Of a DNA stretch of 64,000 nucleotides, positions 14,289 to 30,700 are shown in pieces. The position numbers were made by a program, and so were the translations under genes. The notes under the pieces are model-generated. The model was given only the letters and a program-made list of their open reading frames with translations. It searched no databases and was not told the origin of the DNA. The stretch is from Utricularia gibba (lineage: Eukaryota > Plantae > Magnoliophyta), in the NCBI GenBank assembly GCA_002189035.1, contig CM007989.1:868001-932000 (forward strand), in the 5' to 3' direction. How positions within the stretch are numbered: position 1 is the stretch's first letter; every line of letters begins with the position of its first letter.

Positions 14289-17144
14289 TCATCCTACAGG
14301 TCTAAGGCCATGGCTGAGTGCAGCCTCCCACACAACATCAATTTGGTCAACATCAATGGCTCCAACTTCATGGTGTTTCCACCCTTCAAGGGAATGCACC
14401 AGTCCCCCGGCATGGCAAGCATGGACGATTCCCCGCCCCAGCATATACTGATCAAATTCAACATACAGGTTAAACAGTTTCCACTTGGTGTGTGCTGTAT
14501 CTGTCTTTTGCATAAAGAAGAGAAAGGGTAGTGCAGGAGTGCATACCTCACAAGAGCCAAGCCCTTCAACATCATCCGGCAACCTCATCGCAGCCAGGTT
14601 TCCATACGTGCAGTCACGTCTGAACGCAAGCACAGGTGGAACAACGAACTGGTGGAAGTGTGTTCCTGAAGGAGCAGAGTACTGCTCTTGTGGTGTCGCC
14701 CATTTTCCAAGGATCCATGTCTGGAAAACACGTTCCAGCAGTCTCAGGTAGTGTTTTGTGATGCATGGAGCCTGGAAACTAAACATAAACATGGTGTTAC
14801 CTTGCAGTGCTTGGCTGCTTGATACTTGGTGACTTGTACCAGATACATTTGGAACTCGGGTGGAGCTTCCTTTTGGATCTTGGTGAATCTCTCAGCTGAC
14901 AGGGTTAGCATCTGCAACCAAAGAACTCGTTAAAACACAGGTTTCCCAGGATGGTAACAGGCTTGCCTGAAGAATGTCGAATTGGCCGGATTGGAAATCC
15001 CACAGTTGCTTCTGTTCATACCATAACTTTAACCTTTCTACGAGCAAGATAGAGAGCAATCGCCCTTCCCAGCTTAGAAGTGGCCCCGGTTAAGAACACT
15101 TCGTCCACTTCCTTGGGGATGTCGTTCAAGATAACAGCAGCTGTGAGTGTGTTTCCATGGCAGATTCTCACTTTAAGCTCTGGGTGCTTGTTTGTGAAGA
15201 GCACCCCACCTCCATTCAGAGCTTCATTCTGCAATAGACAAGGATTCTACCATTCGAACAAGCAGATTTCAGGACAACTACAGCATGAGAAACAAGGCTT
15301 CACCTTATTTAGTGCAGCAAGACTGATGACCTTCACTCCAAGTCTATCTGCTCTAAGAATGGCATCCTCTATCTGCTTGTTTATCCCTTCTTTAGCAAAA
15401 GGAAGGAAGTACTGGAGACAGGACACAATATTGTTAACTGATTCTGATTTGTTTTGCAGAGGCACCACAGGGTCAAAGCCTTTACCTGGAAACCGTATCT
15501 AGGAACAACCCATGTGTGGCACAACTTCCCACGGAGATGGTAGAAGGAGAACAGAAATGTCTTCGACTTTGCCCACATCAAAAGCATTGTAACATAAGAA
15601 CCAGGCCAGAGGGTGAGCAGGTATGGTTTAACACTAAAGGGTGTCGAGTTGAAGGACCGGAACACAAACGAAGCATGTATGGATGACATAACATCGACGA
15701 CATGGGCGAGAAACACGAAATCTGGGACTCTGGAAGCTGCAATTTTTGGATTTGGGGATCATTAGATTTATCAAGATAAGCTATGGAGGCTGTGCTTGCT
15801 AGTGATTCACCTTCAAGGTTGCCTTATAAAGTGTATTCTGTACACATTCCACATAGACAGAAAAAAGGAGGGGAAAAAAACTCACTTTTTCTTGAACTAA
15901 CTGCTCTCTGAAGCTCCCATGACTTGGGATTCTGTGTCTTCCACAGCTTGTCAAATAATGGCATGAACAGGCAAAAGTTGGTGTTCATCTCCGAGTGGTG
16001 AAGGCTGTGGTATCTGCAAAATGAAACAAGCCATCAAGCATCTGTGTGTGCAGACAAGTTTCAGAAAAAATGAGATTTGTGGATCCTTACGTTGGCGTGC
16101 GGATAAGATGCTTCAGGACAGGAAGGGCATCAAATATCTGATATGGGAAAATCTCAACGTTCGAGTAACCCAAACACTGGAGGAAGTCGAAGACCAGAAG
16201 ATATCCATACATCAGTCTTCTTGATCCATAACCAATCGCAGTAGTTCCCAGCAATGGAATACCAACAACGACGCAAAGCAATAGGTGTTCAAAGAAGGTT
16301 AGATGCTCAGCTGCAATCACAAGCACACAGGAAAGCACCAATAAACAACCCTTTTGTTCCAGAACCGAAATGGTGAAAAAAAATGACAACTCTTTAATCT
16401 TTACCTGTGAAGGGATGAAGAACTTTGGAGCTATGGTGAAGCCAGTGATATTTATGAAACAAATCAGAAGTATGCAGCAATCTGTGGAGCCAGTAATAGA
16501 GAGGCTCTGAGATTACTGTGTGGAGGATGAAGCAGCAAAGAAACCCCCTGAAATCCCATATGGGGATCTTTTCCAAGGAAGGGAAACTGAAGACAAGGAA
16601 TGAAGCAATTGCAGTTTGAAGGATGAAGAAATTATCCCTGTTCAATTGAGAAAACAATCATTGAGTATGTAACACAGAAATGAGTATCAAACTTTTTCTA
16701 AAAAGGGGAAAAAGTTGATCATGAGTCCAAGCAATATACCAATGCCATTCTGAGTCAATTTGGTTGTATTCAATTCCACTCTGGTTGACTCTTCGTGTTC
16801 GATTTAGGAAATACATACAAGAATATGAACTCCATAGCTGATGGACAAAAGCTCTGAGACAAAGCAAGTTGAGGACATGGAAACACCAGTCTTCATCATT
16901 GGCTTCTCCTTTGTAATACCCATACCCAACTTTCGCAACCAAAGGTGCATACAGCAGATACTGCTTCAACGAAACACAATGAAATTAAACGGATAAAACA
17001 AAAAAAGAGAGCAAATATATAACCAGAAGAAAGGAGCAGAAAATGGGGTTTCCCTCCCTCTCTTGCCTTGAAGTTACCCAAATTCTCCCATGGCCAAGAA
17101 AACAAAGGAGCTTCTTTTGTCCCACAAATTTCCCTTTTCTCCAT
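14289..17144 (-). CDS. CER3: ECERIFERUM3/WAX2, very-long-chain acyl reduction / alkane biosynthesis
   Basis: [11 protein letters not shown]|YLLYAP...IDSEWHW|DNF; His clusters HRLLH, YHWLHH, YHSLHH; QNEALNGGG; [18 protein letters not shown]; WAX2 C-terminus [21 protein letters not shown]...HGLRPVG*. Confidence 0.96.
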
Positions 17145-19235
17145 ATCCCCTCTCTGATCTCTAGGTAACGAGTACAGTAACAGCAACAGAAACAACCTGA
17201 AGACGAAGAACCAAGAAAACAAAAGGGGAAAGCCAACTAATCCTCAGAATAAAGAATGAAGATTCACAGAAGATCAAAATGCCTCCTTTTTGGACTTCGG
17301 AACAAGTTTTCCTAAGGTGGGTGGGAAGCGAGCAGCGAGCATTTAAAGACGAGAAAGCGACATGAAACAAGCAGATTCGGCCGAGTAACAGCGCGACGTT
17401 GCAAACCCAAACCTCCCAATCCCTGTTACTTACTGGGAGTAATAATGATTGTGGCAGAAATTCGTGCAGTTTTCAGTTGAGCATGTGGATATTATTTTAA
17501 AATCCGTGTTGGAATTCCCAGATTTCTTCTGGGTCTCCATGTCCAACCTTCACCAGCCCTGCCCCGTCCCGGGACAGCTACTATCAGTTCAAGTGTATAT
17601 TTTTTTAATCACTCCCACAAAGAAAGAAAACCTCGTACTATTTTACTCTCAAGCTTGTACAAGATCCAGCGGCCAGAACCAAGCGCAAGTCAGGGGTCAC
17701 AGAGGGAGATCTTGAAAACCTTATCATCATCATCATCACAACTCCAATTCGTTTCAGTTGCCCAGATGTCATCTGCATTTAAACCATACGCGTGGCAGTT
17801 GGGAGTTGTTAAAACTACCTTTCCCCAACATACGGCCACGTGTAGATTACAAACTAGACCATGCTGCACAATATTATGAATCAAAACTACCACAAAAATT
17901 ATACTTCCATTTGCTTTCTCCCCTACATTAGTAATTACAAGAAAATAATGTCTGGAAATTATTTGTTTATTTTGTTTAAGGATGACGTGGGATGCGATTA
18001 TTGTCTTGCCGACCACAGTACCTGTATTCTCATTCATAGTACCTACCAACTACCTGATTTCCTTTTTTTTTTTGTAAAATAAAATGCATTTTAACACTAG
18101 TTATAAGTATTAATTGGGATATTTGGAAGATAGATAGACAAATGAAACCACGTTTTCGAATCAAATTCTTATATTTCAATTGAATCCATGTGCAGTTTGT
18201 AAAACATGAAATATATATTATCATTAGATATCCAATCTTCATAATTTTACATTTTCATTCTTTCGAAGTAAATATCTCATACAAAATTATACGAATTCTT
18301 ATATTTAATCACATACCATCATCTACCCATAATCAATATAGAATAGAATCATCAAACGTTACCCTTACATTCTTATTTATTTAGATACTCAACATATTCA
18401 TTGAAGATTGAATACACAAAATGTATAAGGGGAATAAAACGTATTGAGTGTCCAATATGAGAGGGTACGTATTCATAAATCAAATTCATGTTTTTCCTTG
18501 GATCCTTAAATTCATCTTCTTTAGGAGATGGTAGTCAAATGAAGTGAATAAAAGTAATTGCGATTTATTGCCCATTGATGTAAATTAGATACTGTAATAA
18601 ATTTTTAACCCCTCGTGTGTTTAATCTTGTGATGACTTCAGCACCATCAGTTTAATTCATCCCAACCCATTTTCTTGAGCGATTAATTACCCCCAAAGTG
18701 CGCTTACACGCATCATTTGCAACATCACACTTTTACACTGTAATTTAATTTAAATAATTAATCAATTATAATTTATTTATTTAAAAAACTCAGAGCCAAA
18801 TACACATTAGCTACTGACAGGTTTTCGATAAAATGTTTTAAAAGCATTTCAATTTCAATTTTTTTTAACTTGATTTTTAATGGAGAGAAGGCGTTGGATT
18901 AATGCTAGTGGATGAGGTCTAAAGAAAACGTGTGACGTCGGATGCCAAAATCAAAAGCTAAGGCTCGGGGCTTAATTAAGCTAATGCTTAGGGTATAATT
19001 CCATTGCCACCACTCGCCACTGGGGCAACAACAAACCGGTTTAACTGAACCCGATATCCGATTCTGTTCGAGTAGTATGAACCGGTCAAACCGATTTAAT
19101 TAGACTTAGGGTACATAATCTTGCAAACTGTACTTTTTTTTTTTATATTGAAGAAACAATCACATGAGTGGTAGTAAAATTCACCAACTTCACTTTGTCG
19201 GATTAGTCGATTTTTATGTAAGTGATTTCAGAATT

Positions 19236-19278
19236 GAAACCGAAACCGAAACCGAAACCGAAACCGAAATCGAAATCA
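19236..19278. repeat. (GAAACC)n hexamer tandem repeat degenerating to GAAATC
   Basis: About five GAAACC units followed by two GAAATC units. Confidence 0.85.
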
Positions 19279-20306
19279 ACAACTTAGTCCATTGAATTTG
19301 CGGATGTTGTTCTTGTTGGATTGGTTTCAGGGAGGACAGCAACGCCTCATGTGGCTTGTCCATGCACATACGCCTTTTGTGAAGGCGACGGTTATCGAAC
19401 CCGTGCGTGTTGTTACCATCCAACACCACCCTTTTCCCATTCCCTTCTTCACACCCGTCATTACTCCGTACGGTCCTCCGATTCTTTTTTTTTTTTATTA
19501 GTTATATGATTGAAAATAAAACATAATTTATGAATTTAAGTTTAAAATACTTTCGATCAACATATTTGAATAAATTAATTTTTTTCATTTATTTTCAATA
19601 AACAAGTGTAGTAAGTTTAAATCTGTATAAAATAAATTTTGAATTGAAATATTGATTTAATTTGAAATTTTTTTATCAAATAAAAATAATTATATTACAT
19701 AAAATAGTACTAAAACCAATTTAATATTATCTATCACAACTGTTTCCCCACTTGACTGCATTGACGTGAAAGGAGACGACTTGACAACAGACGTAGTATG
19801 CCACATCATCCTCCATGCTAAATAAATTAATAAAAGTCTACCCAATAATAATAATAATAATAATAAAACAAAGTCGCGGATCTCAGTATCATATTTTTTC
19901 AAAAGTGAATATTTATTGTTTTTATATATTAAATTAAAAAAGTAATACATAACATTGACTACTTTTCTAATTAAGCCTATGATATATACTTATAATATGC
20001 ATGACAAAATATCGATCATTTTTTTACTTTAATGTGTGAAATAAAAAGTATGAATGATCAGATTTGTAAATAATATCCGTTGTCGTAATGACTCGATCAC
20101 AAATTATCCCGATTTTATTGCAATTCACGTAAATTATTGTGTTTCTAGGGAGGAAATAGAAATGAATGGTTTTGGGAATTTTTGAAAAGAACGGGACGAG
20201 GTGTATGTTTGTGTGCATATCACAAGTTGGCCGACACAATCATCATGCATCGATGGTACTTGACATTTGTCCCTTGTCCTTATAGTATAATGTTTTGTAC
20301 AAGTGG

Positions 20307-20327
20307 GCCCATTAGGCCCTAATGGGC
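20307..20327. promoter_or_regulatory. Perfect 10-bp inverted repeat built from site II-like (TGGGCY) motifs
   Basis: GCCCATTAGG-C-CCTAATGGGC, within a cluster of GGCCCA/TGGGCY motifs ~450 bp upstream of the ASG1-like ATG. Confidence 0.4.
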
Positions 20328-20669
20328 TTTTGTCACGGCCCAGTAGTCATTCAATAAGCTGAAAGAAATTTTTATTTTAGAAAAAAAAAAGATGAATGAT
20401 ATTGTCTTTAGAATTTTAGAATTAATTAAATTTACATAAGAAAATAAGAATATGTTTAATTATGATTCAAGTTTTACTAAAAAAATCATCCAAATATCTA
20501 GTTCTTCTAAATGTCAATTATAATGATTAAATATGTATTATTTAATATAAAATAATATTTCATTCATCTTAAAGAATTTGGATTTGTGATCTTTAAAAGT
20601 TTTTTTTTCATTGTCAAATTTTCTGAACTTTAAAAGGTAGAAAAGTCACTAATTATCCACTTAGAATTT

Positions 20670-20704
20670 GACACGTGTGACATCCGGTTTGCGGCACGCG
20701 TGGC
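20670..20704. promoter_or_regulatory. ABRE plus CE3-like coupling element
   Basis: GACACGTGT (ACGTGTC on the minus strand) at 20670-20678 and ACGCGTGGC at 20696-20704, ~80-110 bp upstream of the ATG. Confidence 0.4.
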
Positions 20705-20779
20705 AGTCGCCACATACGAGAGTTGGGCGACGACGACTCCATTACTGGCCCTAGTTTGGGAATTTTATTTGCGGAATAG

Positions 20780-22793
20780 ATGGATATCGGAAGAATCGGA
20801 GGCGGGTTGCGAAGCGAGGAGGCGCCGGCGGTGAAGCTGGAGATGGAGGATACTCTTCAAGAGGAGTACGCTCCGCTGAGTAAGCGGCCCAGAGTACGTC
20901 CTTTCCGTGTTCTTATTATTCACATTGCTGTTTTGGAGATTAAGTGTTTTGTTCGGTGGGAATCGCGCGATTTGGCGTGAGGATGGGCCGAAGTTGATTG
21001 CATTATACGAATAGAGTGGCTTTGATTCTTAAATTAGGTTGTTCCTGCTTATTTGCAGCAAAGTGTGGGAATGGGTGGATTCTCCATTCCTCCGGGTGAA
21101 TACAACCCTCTTGATGAGCCAAGCCCGTTGGGTTTACGTCTTAAGAAAAGTCCGTCGCTTTTGGAGCTAATTCAAATGAAGCTTTCCAAGGAAACCCGTA
21201 GGGATGAAGCAAATGAGATCCATGATAAACAGGAACTGAAAGCTGGTGGAGACAAGTTGAAGGCCTCTAACTTCCCTGCTTCAGTTCTCAGAATTGGAAG
21301 CTGGGAGGTTAATCATTCCCAATGTTATTTCCTATTTCATGTTGAGAAGTTTTTCTGATCAAACTGATGATTTTTGCAGTATAAATCAAGATACGAAGGT
21401 GACTTGGTGGCCAAGTGTTATTTTGCAAAGCATAAACTGGTTTGGGAAGTTCTTGATGGCGGCCTGAAGAATAAGATAGAAATTCAGTGGTCTGATATCA
21501 TGGCTTTGAAGACTAGCTACCCTGTTGACGGCCCAGGGACTCTAGATGTGGTGGTAATATGTCATCACAGGATGCCTCTTAAACTCATTTCCAAGTTATA
21601 GCGTATTCGTCTTTTCAAGTCCATTCATTTCTTCGGCAGTTGTTACGACAGCCCCTTTTCTTTAGAGAGACGAATCCGCAACCTAGGAAGCACACCCTTT
21701 GGCAGCCAACGCCTGACTTTACCGGTGGACAAGCTAGTATGCATAGGTCATAGTTCTTCTTCATGCATTTTAAAGTTTCCTGGAGCATTGGTTTTCATGA
21801 TCCTTTTGTCACAGGCGTCACTATTTAGAGTGCCCACAAGGTTTGTTGGGGAAACATTTCGAGAAACTTGTGCAGTCTGATCCCCACATGAAATTTCTCA
21901 GCCAGCAAGGGGAGATAACGCTGGATTCTCCATACTTTCAGCCCAAAACGCAAGTCCTTGATGAACAAAATGTTTCCAATGATGAGATTGATTCCAGTAG
22001 GGAATGTAGTCCATCCCTGTTTAGTTTACCAGACTGTGCTGCACCTAAGCAAGCTCAGTCCTCTTTGAAGAACGATGTCAGAACCGTAGTCTGCAGTGCT
22101 GAATCTTTAGTTCATGAAATATCTTCACCGATCAGAGGTAGTGATTCGAATGAGTTCCACCCCATATGCTGCTTAATCTGATCATTTTTGAATGCGTTCA
22201 TGGCACCAAGTTGTCTTACAGGTGAGCAAGCGCCAACTCTAAGAGACACGAATGGAGAAGATGGGTTTGGCCAGCTGAAGGAGATGGATGCCTGGGACCA
22301 GCTCTTGGCCCCTGGTCTCCGTTCTTCCATGTCAATAACCGATTTGGTGAGCCATCTCGAAAATCGGGTTTCCGAGCAGGGAGCTTCCTTGAACCCAAAC
22401 CTCTCCAGTGAGGAGTGCGACAGCCTGAAAATCTTGGATGACATCAAACGCTGTCTGTTCGCTGATTTCCATAACATGCAAGACTTGGACAGCAAGTCCC
22501 TCATGTCGAGGGTGAATTCTCTATGCTGCCTCCTGCAGAAAGATACAGCTCCAGGCTCCCCAAATCCTTCAGCAAGCAGGGAAGATGAGCTGAACAATAT
22601 TGACGTGCCTGCTGATGACAAGAAGATCCCTGTTTTCGAGTTTACATCCGACATTGGTTTTGATCCGCCGCCACCATCGGCTCCGATGTCACGGCTGGAT
22701 TCCGATGGAGAGTTGCTGCTCAACCTGCCCGGAGTAGGTTCTTTACCCCAATTCTTTTTCAACATTTCAGAAGACTTCGAAAGCCAGGCATGA
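20780..22793 (+). CDS. ASG1-like plant protein with TRF2/HOY1 PH-like domain
   Basis: AVKLEMEDTLQEEYAPLSKR; PLDEPSPLGLRLKKSPSLLELIQMKL; KLKASNFPASVLRIGSWE|YKSRYEGDLVAKCYFAKHKLVWEVLDGGLKNKIEIQWSDI; QPLFFRETNPQPRKHTLWQ; LMSRVNSLCCLLQKD; LPQFFFNISED. Confidence 0.9.
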
Positions 22794-23083
22794 TGAGCTG
22801 GGTTGTTTTTATTTATTGATTTATTTATTTATCGGGTTCAGAAGTTCACGATGATTATGAATCCTGTATTTCCCAAGAGAATAAAGAGCTGCTTCTGAAG
22901 AGAGTTTATGCAAAATTCAAAAAAAAAAAAAAAAAGGATGAATGGAAAAGCTGTAGATAAGGCAGACCAAGTGTAATCTCCATTCTGTTAGGGTTGTTCA
23001 TCATGAAATACTATCATACGGAGAAGATGATGACAGAATCCTGCTTGTGGTGTGAAGGATTTTAAACGTGAGTGCTTGCAATT

Positions 23084-26082
<2,999 letters not shown>

Positions 26083-26752
26083 CTCTAAACTTCACTGCCT
26101 GGTAAAAAAGTCAAGCGCTCTCTTTTTAATTCTTTTTTACATTTAAATAATAATCTTTTCCCCCTTGATAATCAATGGGCCGAACCAATATTCAGCCCAA
26201 CACGCAATGGAAACATTTAAATAATATCGGATATATTTGATAACGCGTAATTTGCGGGCAGTTACAACAATCCAGATGTAATTAATTAAATATACGTATA
26301 TTTTTTTATTAAAAAAATATATGCATCTTTTTTAAATATAATTTTAAAAATATATTTATTTTCTGAAAAATATTATAATATACATATAATTCAATAACTG
26401 GAATTTTTTTAAATTATTTTAATATTAATTTTAAAAATTTATATCGCGAAGTCTTAATTTTTTGGATGGATATTTAAAGGATTTTTATTTCATATAATCT
26501 TGGATTAAATTTAATAATTTTTATAAAATTTTAAATTAAAAGTAACACGATAAATTATTCGTGATCAAAAGTGGAGTGCGCCTCTCTATTTATTTTCAAT
26601 TAGATCATTAATAAATGCGTGTAAATTATGAAAATGTTTTTAAAAATGAATATTTTTTTATTTTTAAACAAGTATATAAGGAAAATTGGGCCCAAAAACC
26701 CATGTGAAGCCTCAGAAATTCACGATCTCTCTCTCACCAATCACCGCCACCA

Positions 26753-27322
26753 ATGTCTCCCACCGCCATCGCCAGCGCGCTCCTCCTCCTATTCCTTTAC
26801 TCCGCTGCCGCAACGGACCACATCGTCGGCGCCAACCGAGGCTGGAACCCTGGGATTAACTACACTCTCTGGGCCAACAACCACACATTCTACGTCAACG
26901 ACCTCATATGTAAGTAATTCTCTAAAACCAGATTCACTGCACTATAAATCTAGCTTGGGCTCTTCTTTCTTATAAATGATTTTGGTTCTGAATCTTGCGC
27001 AGCATTTAGGTACCAGAAAACGCAGTACAATGTATTCCAGGTGAACGAAACCGGGTACGACAACTGTACGACGGAGGGAGCGATTGGGAACTGGAGTAGC
27101 GGAAAGGATTTCATTCTTCTGGACAAAGCTAAGAAATATTACTTCATTTGTGGAAACGGCGGCTGTTTCTCTGGGATGAAAGTTTCTGTTCTGGTTCACC
27201 CACTTCCCTCGCCGCCTGCTTCCAAATCCGCGGTACTAAATTCTGGCTCACCCCTGGTTCGCTGCCGGAGTGCTGTGGGTGCAATCCTGGGTTTTGCCCT
27301 GCTCGGATCTATGTGGATCTAG
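26753..27322 (+). CDS. Early nodulin-like phytocyanin (plastocyanin-like domain; signal peptide and hydrophobic C-terminus)
   Basis: MSPTAIASALLLLFLYSAAATDHIVGANRGWNPGINYTLWANNHTFYVNDLI|SFRYQKTQYNVFQVNETGYDNC...YYFICGNGGCFSGMKVSVLV...GSMWI*, with one intron. Confidence 0.92.
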
Positions 27323-27781
27323 TTCTTTCTGCTGGTCCCCTGTTCCACTTCAACCGTTGCGTTTCTGCACTAAATTGGAATTGTGTGGTTTTGTCTCTTA
27401 ATTGTCATTAAACCTCATTTTCGTGTTGGTGTCAAATTATTGTTCTATTATTAACAGGTATTCATTCTCAACTGTGACAGGGGATTTGTGGGATGATTAA
27501 TGTTAACCATCATACTAAACTGTTTATCAAGAAAAAGAAAGATTCATTCTTTGTGGAACAAAAATGTTACAGACTAAAAGGGCAAATGAGTTTCACAAGA
27601 AGAAGATAACCATCACATCGCCAGGAGTAAAAACACCTCCTCGTGGATGGTGTTATTTCCTTGGACTTCCAAATTGCACTAGAAAAAACAGCCCCAGGAT
27701 AAAGACTTCATCTTTCCAAGTCCCTGTCATTCTTCTCTTGTTTATTTCATTTTTTCCAAATGGATTCACGGTTCCCCTCCT

Positions 27782-30700
27782 CTAAACCGTGTAGTTTTGC
27801 TGAATCGTGTCGATGTCCAGCCCCTTGAGCTTCACCACAGACTCCACATGCCCTTTCAGAGTATGAAGCTCTCTCAACCTGGGATAAAGAGAAGAAGTGC
27901 ATAAGCTTTTTGTTGAAAATGACTTTTGGCACAAGGGGAGTCTCAGTTGAAATTAAACCTTGCAACTTCGGCACGCTTCATTGCTTGTTCCGCGATCACA
28001 GATAATTCCCTGTAGTTGTTCTTGTCATTCATGAGTTGGGAGGCATCTGGTGTTTGAAGCCCGTGTAGGGTTCGTTGAGCCATGGCCCATTGCGCCTCCC
28101 TTTCGCCTCGACCGTAGTCCTTCTTTGAAGTGAAAGCAGTCTAGCAACACAGAGCGATGGTGGAGTTACGAACTGGATGCTGCCAATGAAATAACAGGGA
28201 AATTCTTACCTTGTTTTCAATCATGTGTTTCCAAGCCCTGCCACTTAGTGCATATCTGATGATGAACTTGAAAATGTCCAAAGGAATGTAGAATATGATA
28301 TTGTAGAGCCATATCACCCCGCACCAGCCCCAACCTATTGCCTGGATTCGTGCAAATCCCCAGTTCGCATAGGCAGCTATAATAGTTGCAATCTGCGTAT
28401 GAGAGAAAATGTAGCATTATACCTACGATCAGAGATTGAAAATCTCTGTTCTTGTAGGTAGGTATCCCTTACCAGTTGTGCTACCAAAAAGGCGGCTATG
28501 AGCAGAAGACCGGGCCTTTCCACGTAAGACCAGCTCCTAGATCGAGTCACAAAGATGAGAGCCTGGCTTATGATGCTAACTTGTAGATACACAGCTGAGT
28601 TGAGCTCTTTAGGGTGGTCGTTGATGGGTCTTACCCCAAAATGTTTCTGAATGTAAGAAGTAGCTTCTGTCATATTGATTCCTCGAAGAAGTTGAAAAAG
28701 AAGAGTCTTTTGGTCTGTACTTACAGTGAAGAAGTTGGATTCCTGAGCTGCCCAAAAGAAAACCACGGTCATCACAGCAAGGTAAGCCCCCAGAACGATC
28801 CCCGTGGCGAAGATCTCCTTGAGCTTCCATGAATCGGGCATCGGGGACGGCTTTACCTTGTCTTTGGAGATCGTCATGATGGTTCCATCGTTGAGGATGG
28901 CGATGATCAGCACCATGAAAGGCGAGAAGTCGAACTTCCAAATGAGGGCAAGAAGCATGAAGCCCAGCACGATACGAATGGTGATGGAAACCGCATAGAT
29001 TGTGTAGTTCTTCATCCTTTGGAAGATGGCTCTGCTGGTCAGCACAGCACTGATTATGACACTCAGACCAGGCTCAGTTAGTACTATGTCCGAGGCACCT
29101 CGTGCCGCATCAGTTGCATCCGCTACTGCAATCCCAATGTCTGCTTTCTTGAGAGCTGGTGCATCGTTCACTCCATCTCCAGTCATTCCGCAAATATGCT
29201 TCATTTCTTGAAGCTTCTTGACAATCTCATACTTGTGTTCTGTGATACGAGGATTCTTGTAAGTTATGGCGGGCGGGAAGAAGATGAAAAGGAGTAGGGT
29301 GATTGTCTACCAGGGAAGACGCCAGCAAAACCATCTGCCTTTTCAATCAACTCTTCAATAGGGATATGGGCAATGCTTTCATCCTTGTGTTGTCCAAGGA
29401 GTGAAGAAGAGGGGTACATGTTCGTCCCATGCCGAGCCGACGAGCTGTTTCCTTTCCAATTGCGAGTTGATCTCCTGTGATCATCTTCACATTGACACCA
29501 AGGTTGAGAGCACGTTTGATCGTCTCCCCGCTATCATGCCTTGGAGGATCAAACAGCGGCAATAACCCAACGAAACTCCATGGACCTCCGGCACTCTCCT
29601 TCGTCTTCTCAGGTACAACCTTTCACATGACAGCAACATGGAACTTAAAGCTTGATTAGTTCATGAAATTTGAAGTCCACACTGGAAACTTTTTTACCTG
29701 CTGAGCAACAGCAAGGGACCGGAGGCCTCGATCGGCAAACTTGTCGATGATCGCATGAACTCTCCTCTTGACGTCCTCCTTTAGTTCGCAGAGTTCAATG
29801 ATCTGGAAGAATAAACAAAAAGATTAGCAACCGAAAGTTAAGGATTTTGAGTTAAAAAGAGACCTGAATACCCCACCTGTTCTGGTGCACCTTTACTGAT
29901 TCTATGCCAGTCCCCATTGTTGTCGATATAAGTAATAGCTGTTCGCTTTCCAACCGGGTTGAAAGGAAGGAAATGAACCTCTGTGATTCCTGCTCTGGCC
30001 TCCTTTGGATCAGCCAACATCCCAACAATGCAAGCATCAATGGCATCCTGATTTTCGACTCTCGAAGCTCGAGCCCCAAGAAGTATCAGTAGTTCCTTGT
30101 CTATATCCTTTGCAAAAACCTGAAAAACAGCTTTTTGATCATATCAGAAAATTCATTGTTGTAATAAATCTCATTCGAATAAGCACCACATTTGTTTACC
30201 TCAATCAAATTTTTATCCACTGTGAGCTTATTGAGAGTAAGTGTGCCAGTTTTGTCACTGCACAGCACATCCATTCCAGCCATTTCTTCAATGGCTGTCA
30301 TTCTTTTCGTGATGGCACCCTGTTGAGATAAACGGTGCGAGCCGATCGCCATGGTCACCGATAAAACGGTAGGCATAGCAATAGGAATCCCTCCAATAAG
30401 CAAAACCAGGAGATTATCAATTCCATCTCTGTAGCTTCTATGTTGAATCGGGTACATGACTATCAACTCAATGACAATCCCAATAGCAATGGAGCATATG
30501 CAGAAGTTACCAATAGCAGTGAGCACCTAAAGTCCATTCTCATGTTAAAATGATTATACAGAACATCAAGATGGCCACCAAGAGATAAGTCTACCTGTTG
30601 GAAATGACCAACATTCTGAGTACTGTCGACAAGATGAGCTGCTTTGCCAAAGAAAGTGTTGATACCAGTGGCTATGACAACCGCCTCGATTTCTCCTTGT

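Noticed and set aside
17655-18049. 119-aa minus-strand and 74-aa plus-strand ORFs upstream of CER3
   Set aside because: No recognisable motif, start context or splice structure; probably chance ORFs in promoter DNA.
19030-19100. AACCGG/CCGGTT clusters here and at 47555-47605, resembling hAT subterminal repeats
   Set aside because: No terminal inverted repeats or 8-bp TSD could be defined.
19321-19440. SRP-RNA-like GYUUCA loop on the plus strand, and a tRNA-like D-arm/T-arm (GGTTCGATAACC) on the minus strand
   Set aside because: The helix-8 AGCAG motif and Alu domain do not fit, and there is no anticodon arm or workable A-box/B-box spacing. It is not called as SRP RNA or tRNA and is kept only as an unidentified structured island.
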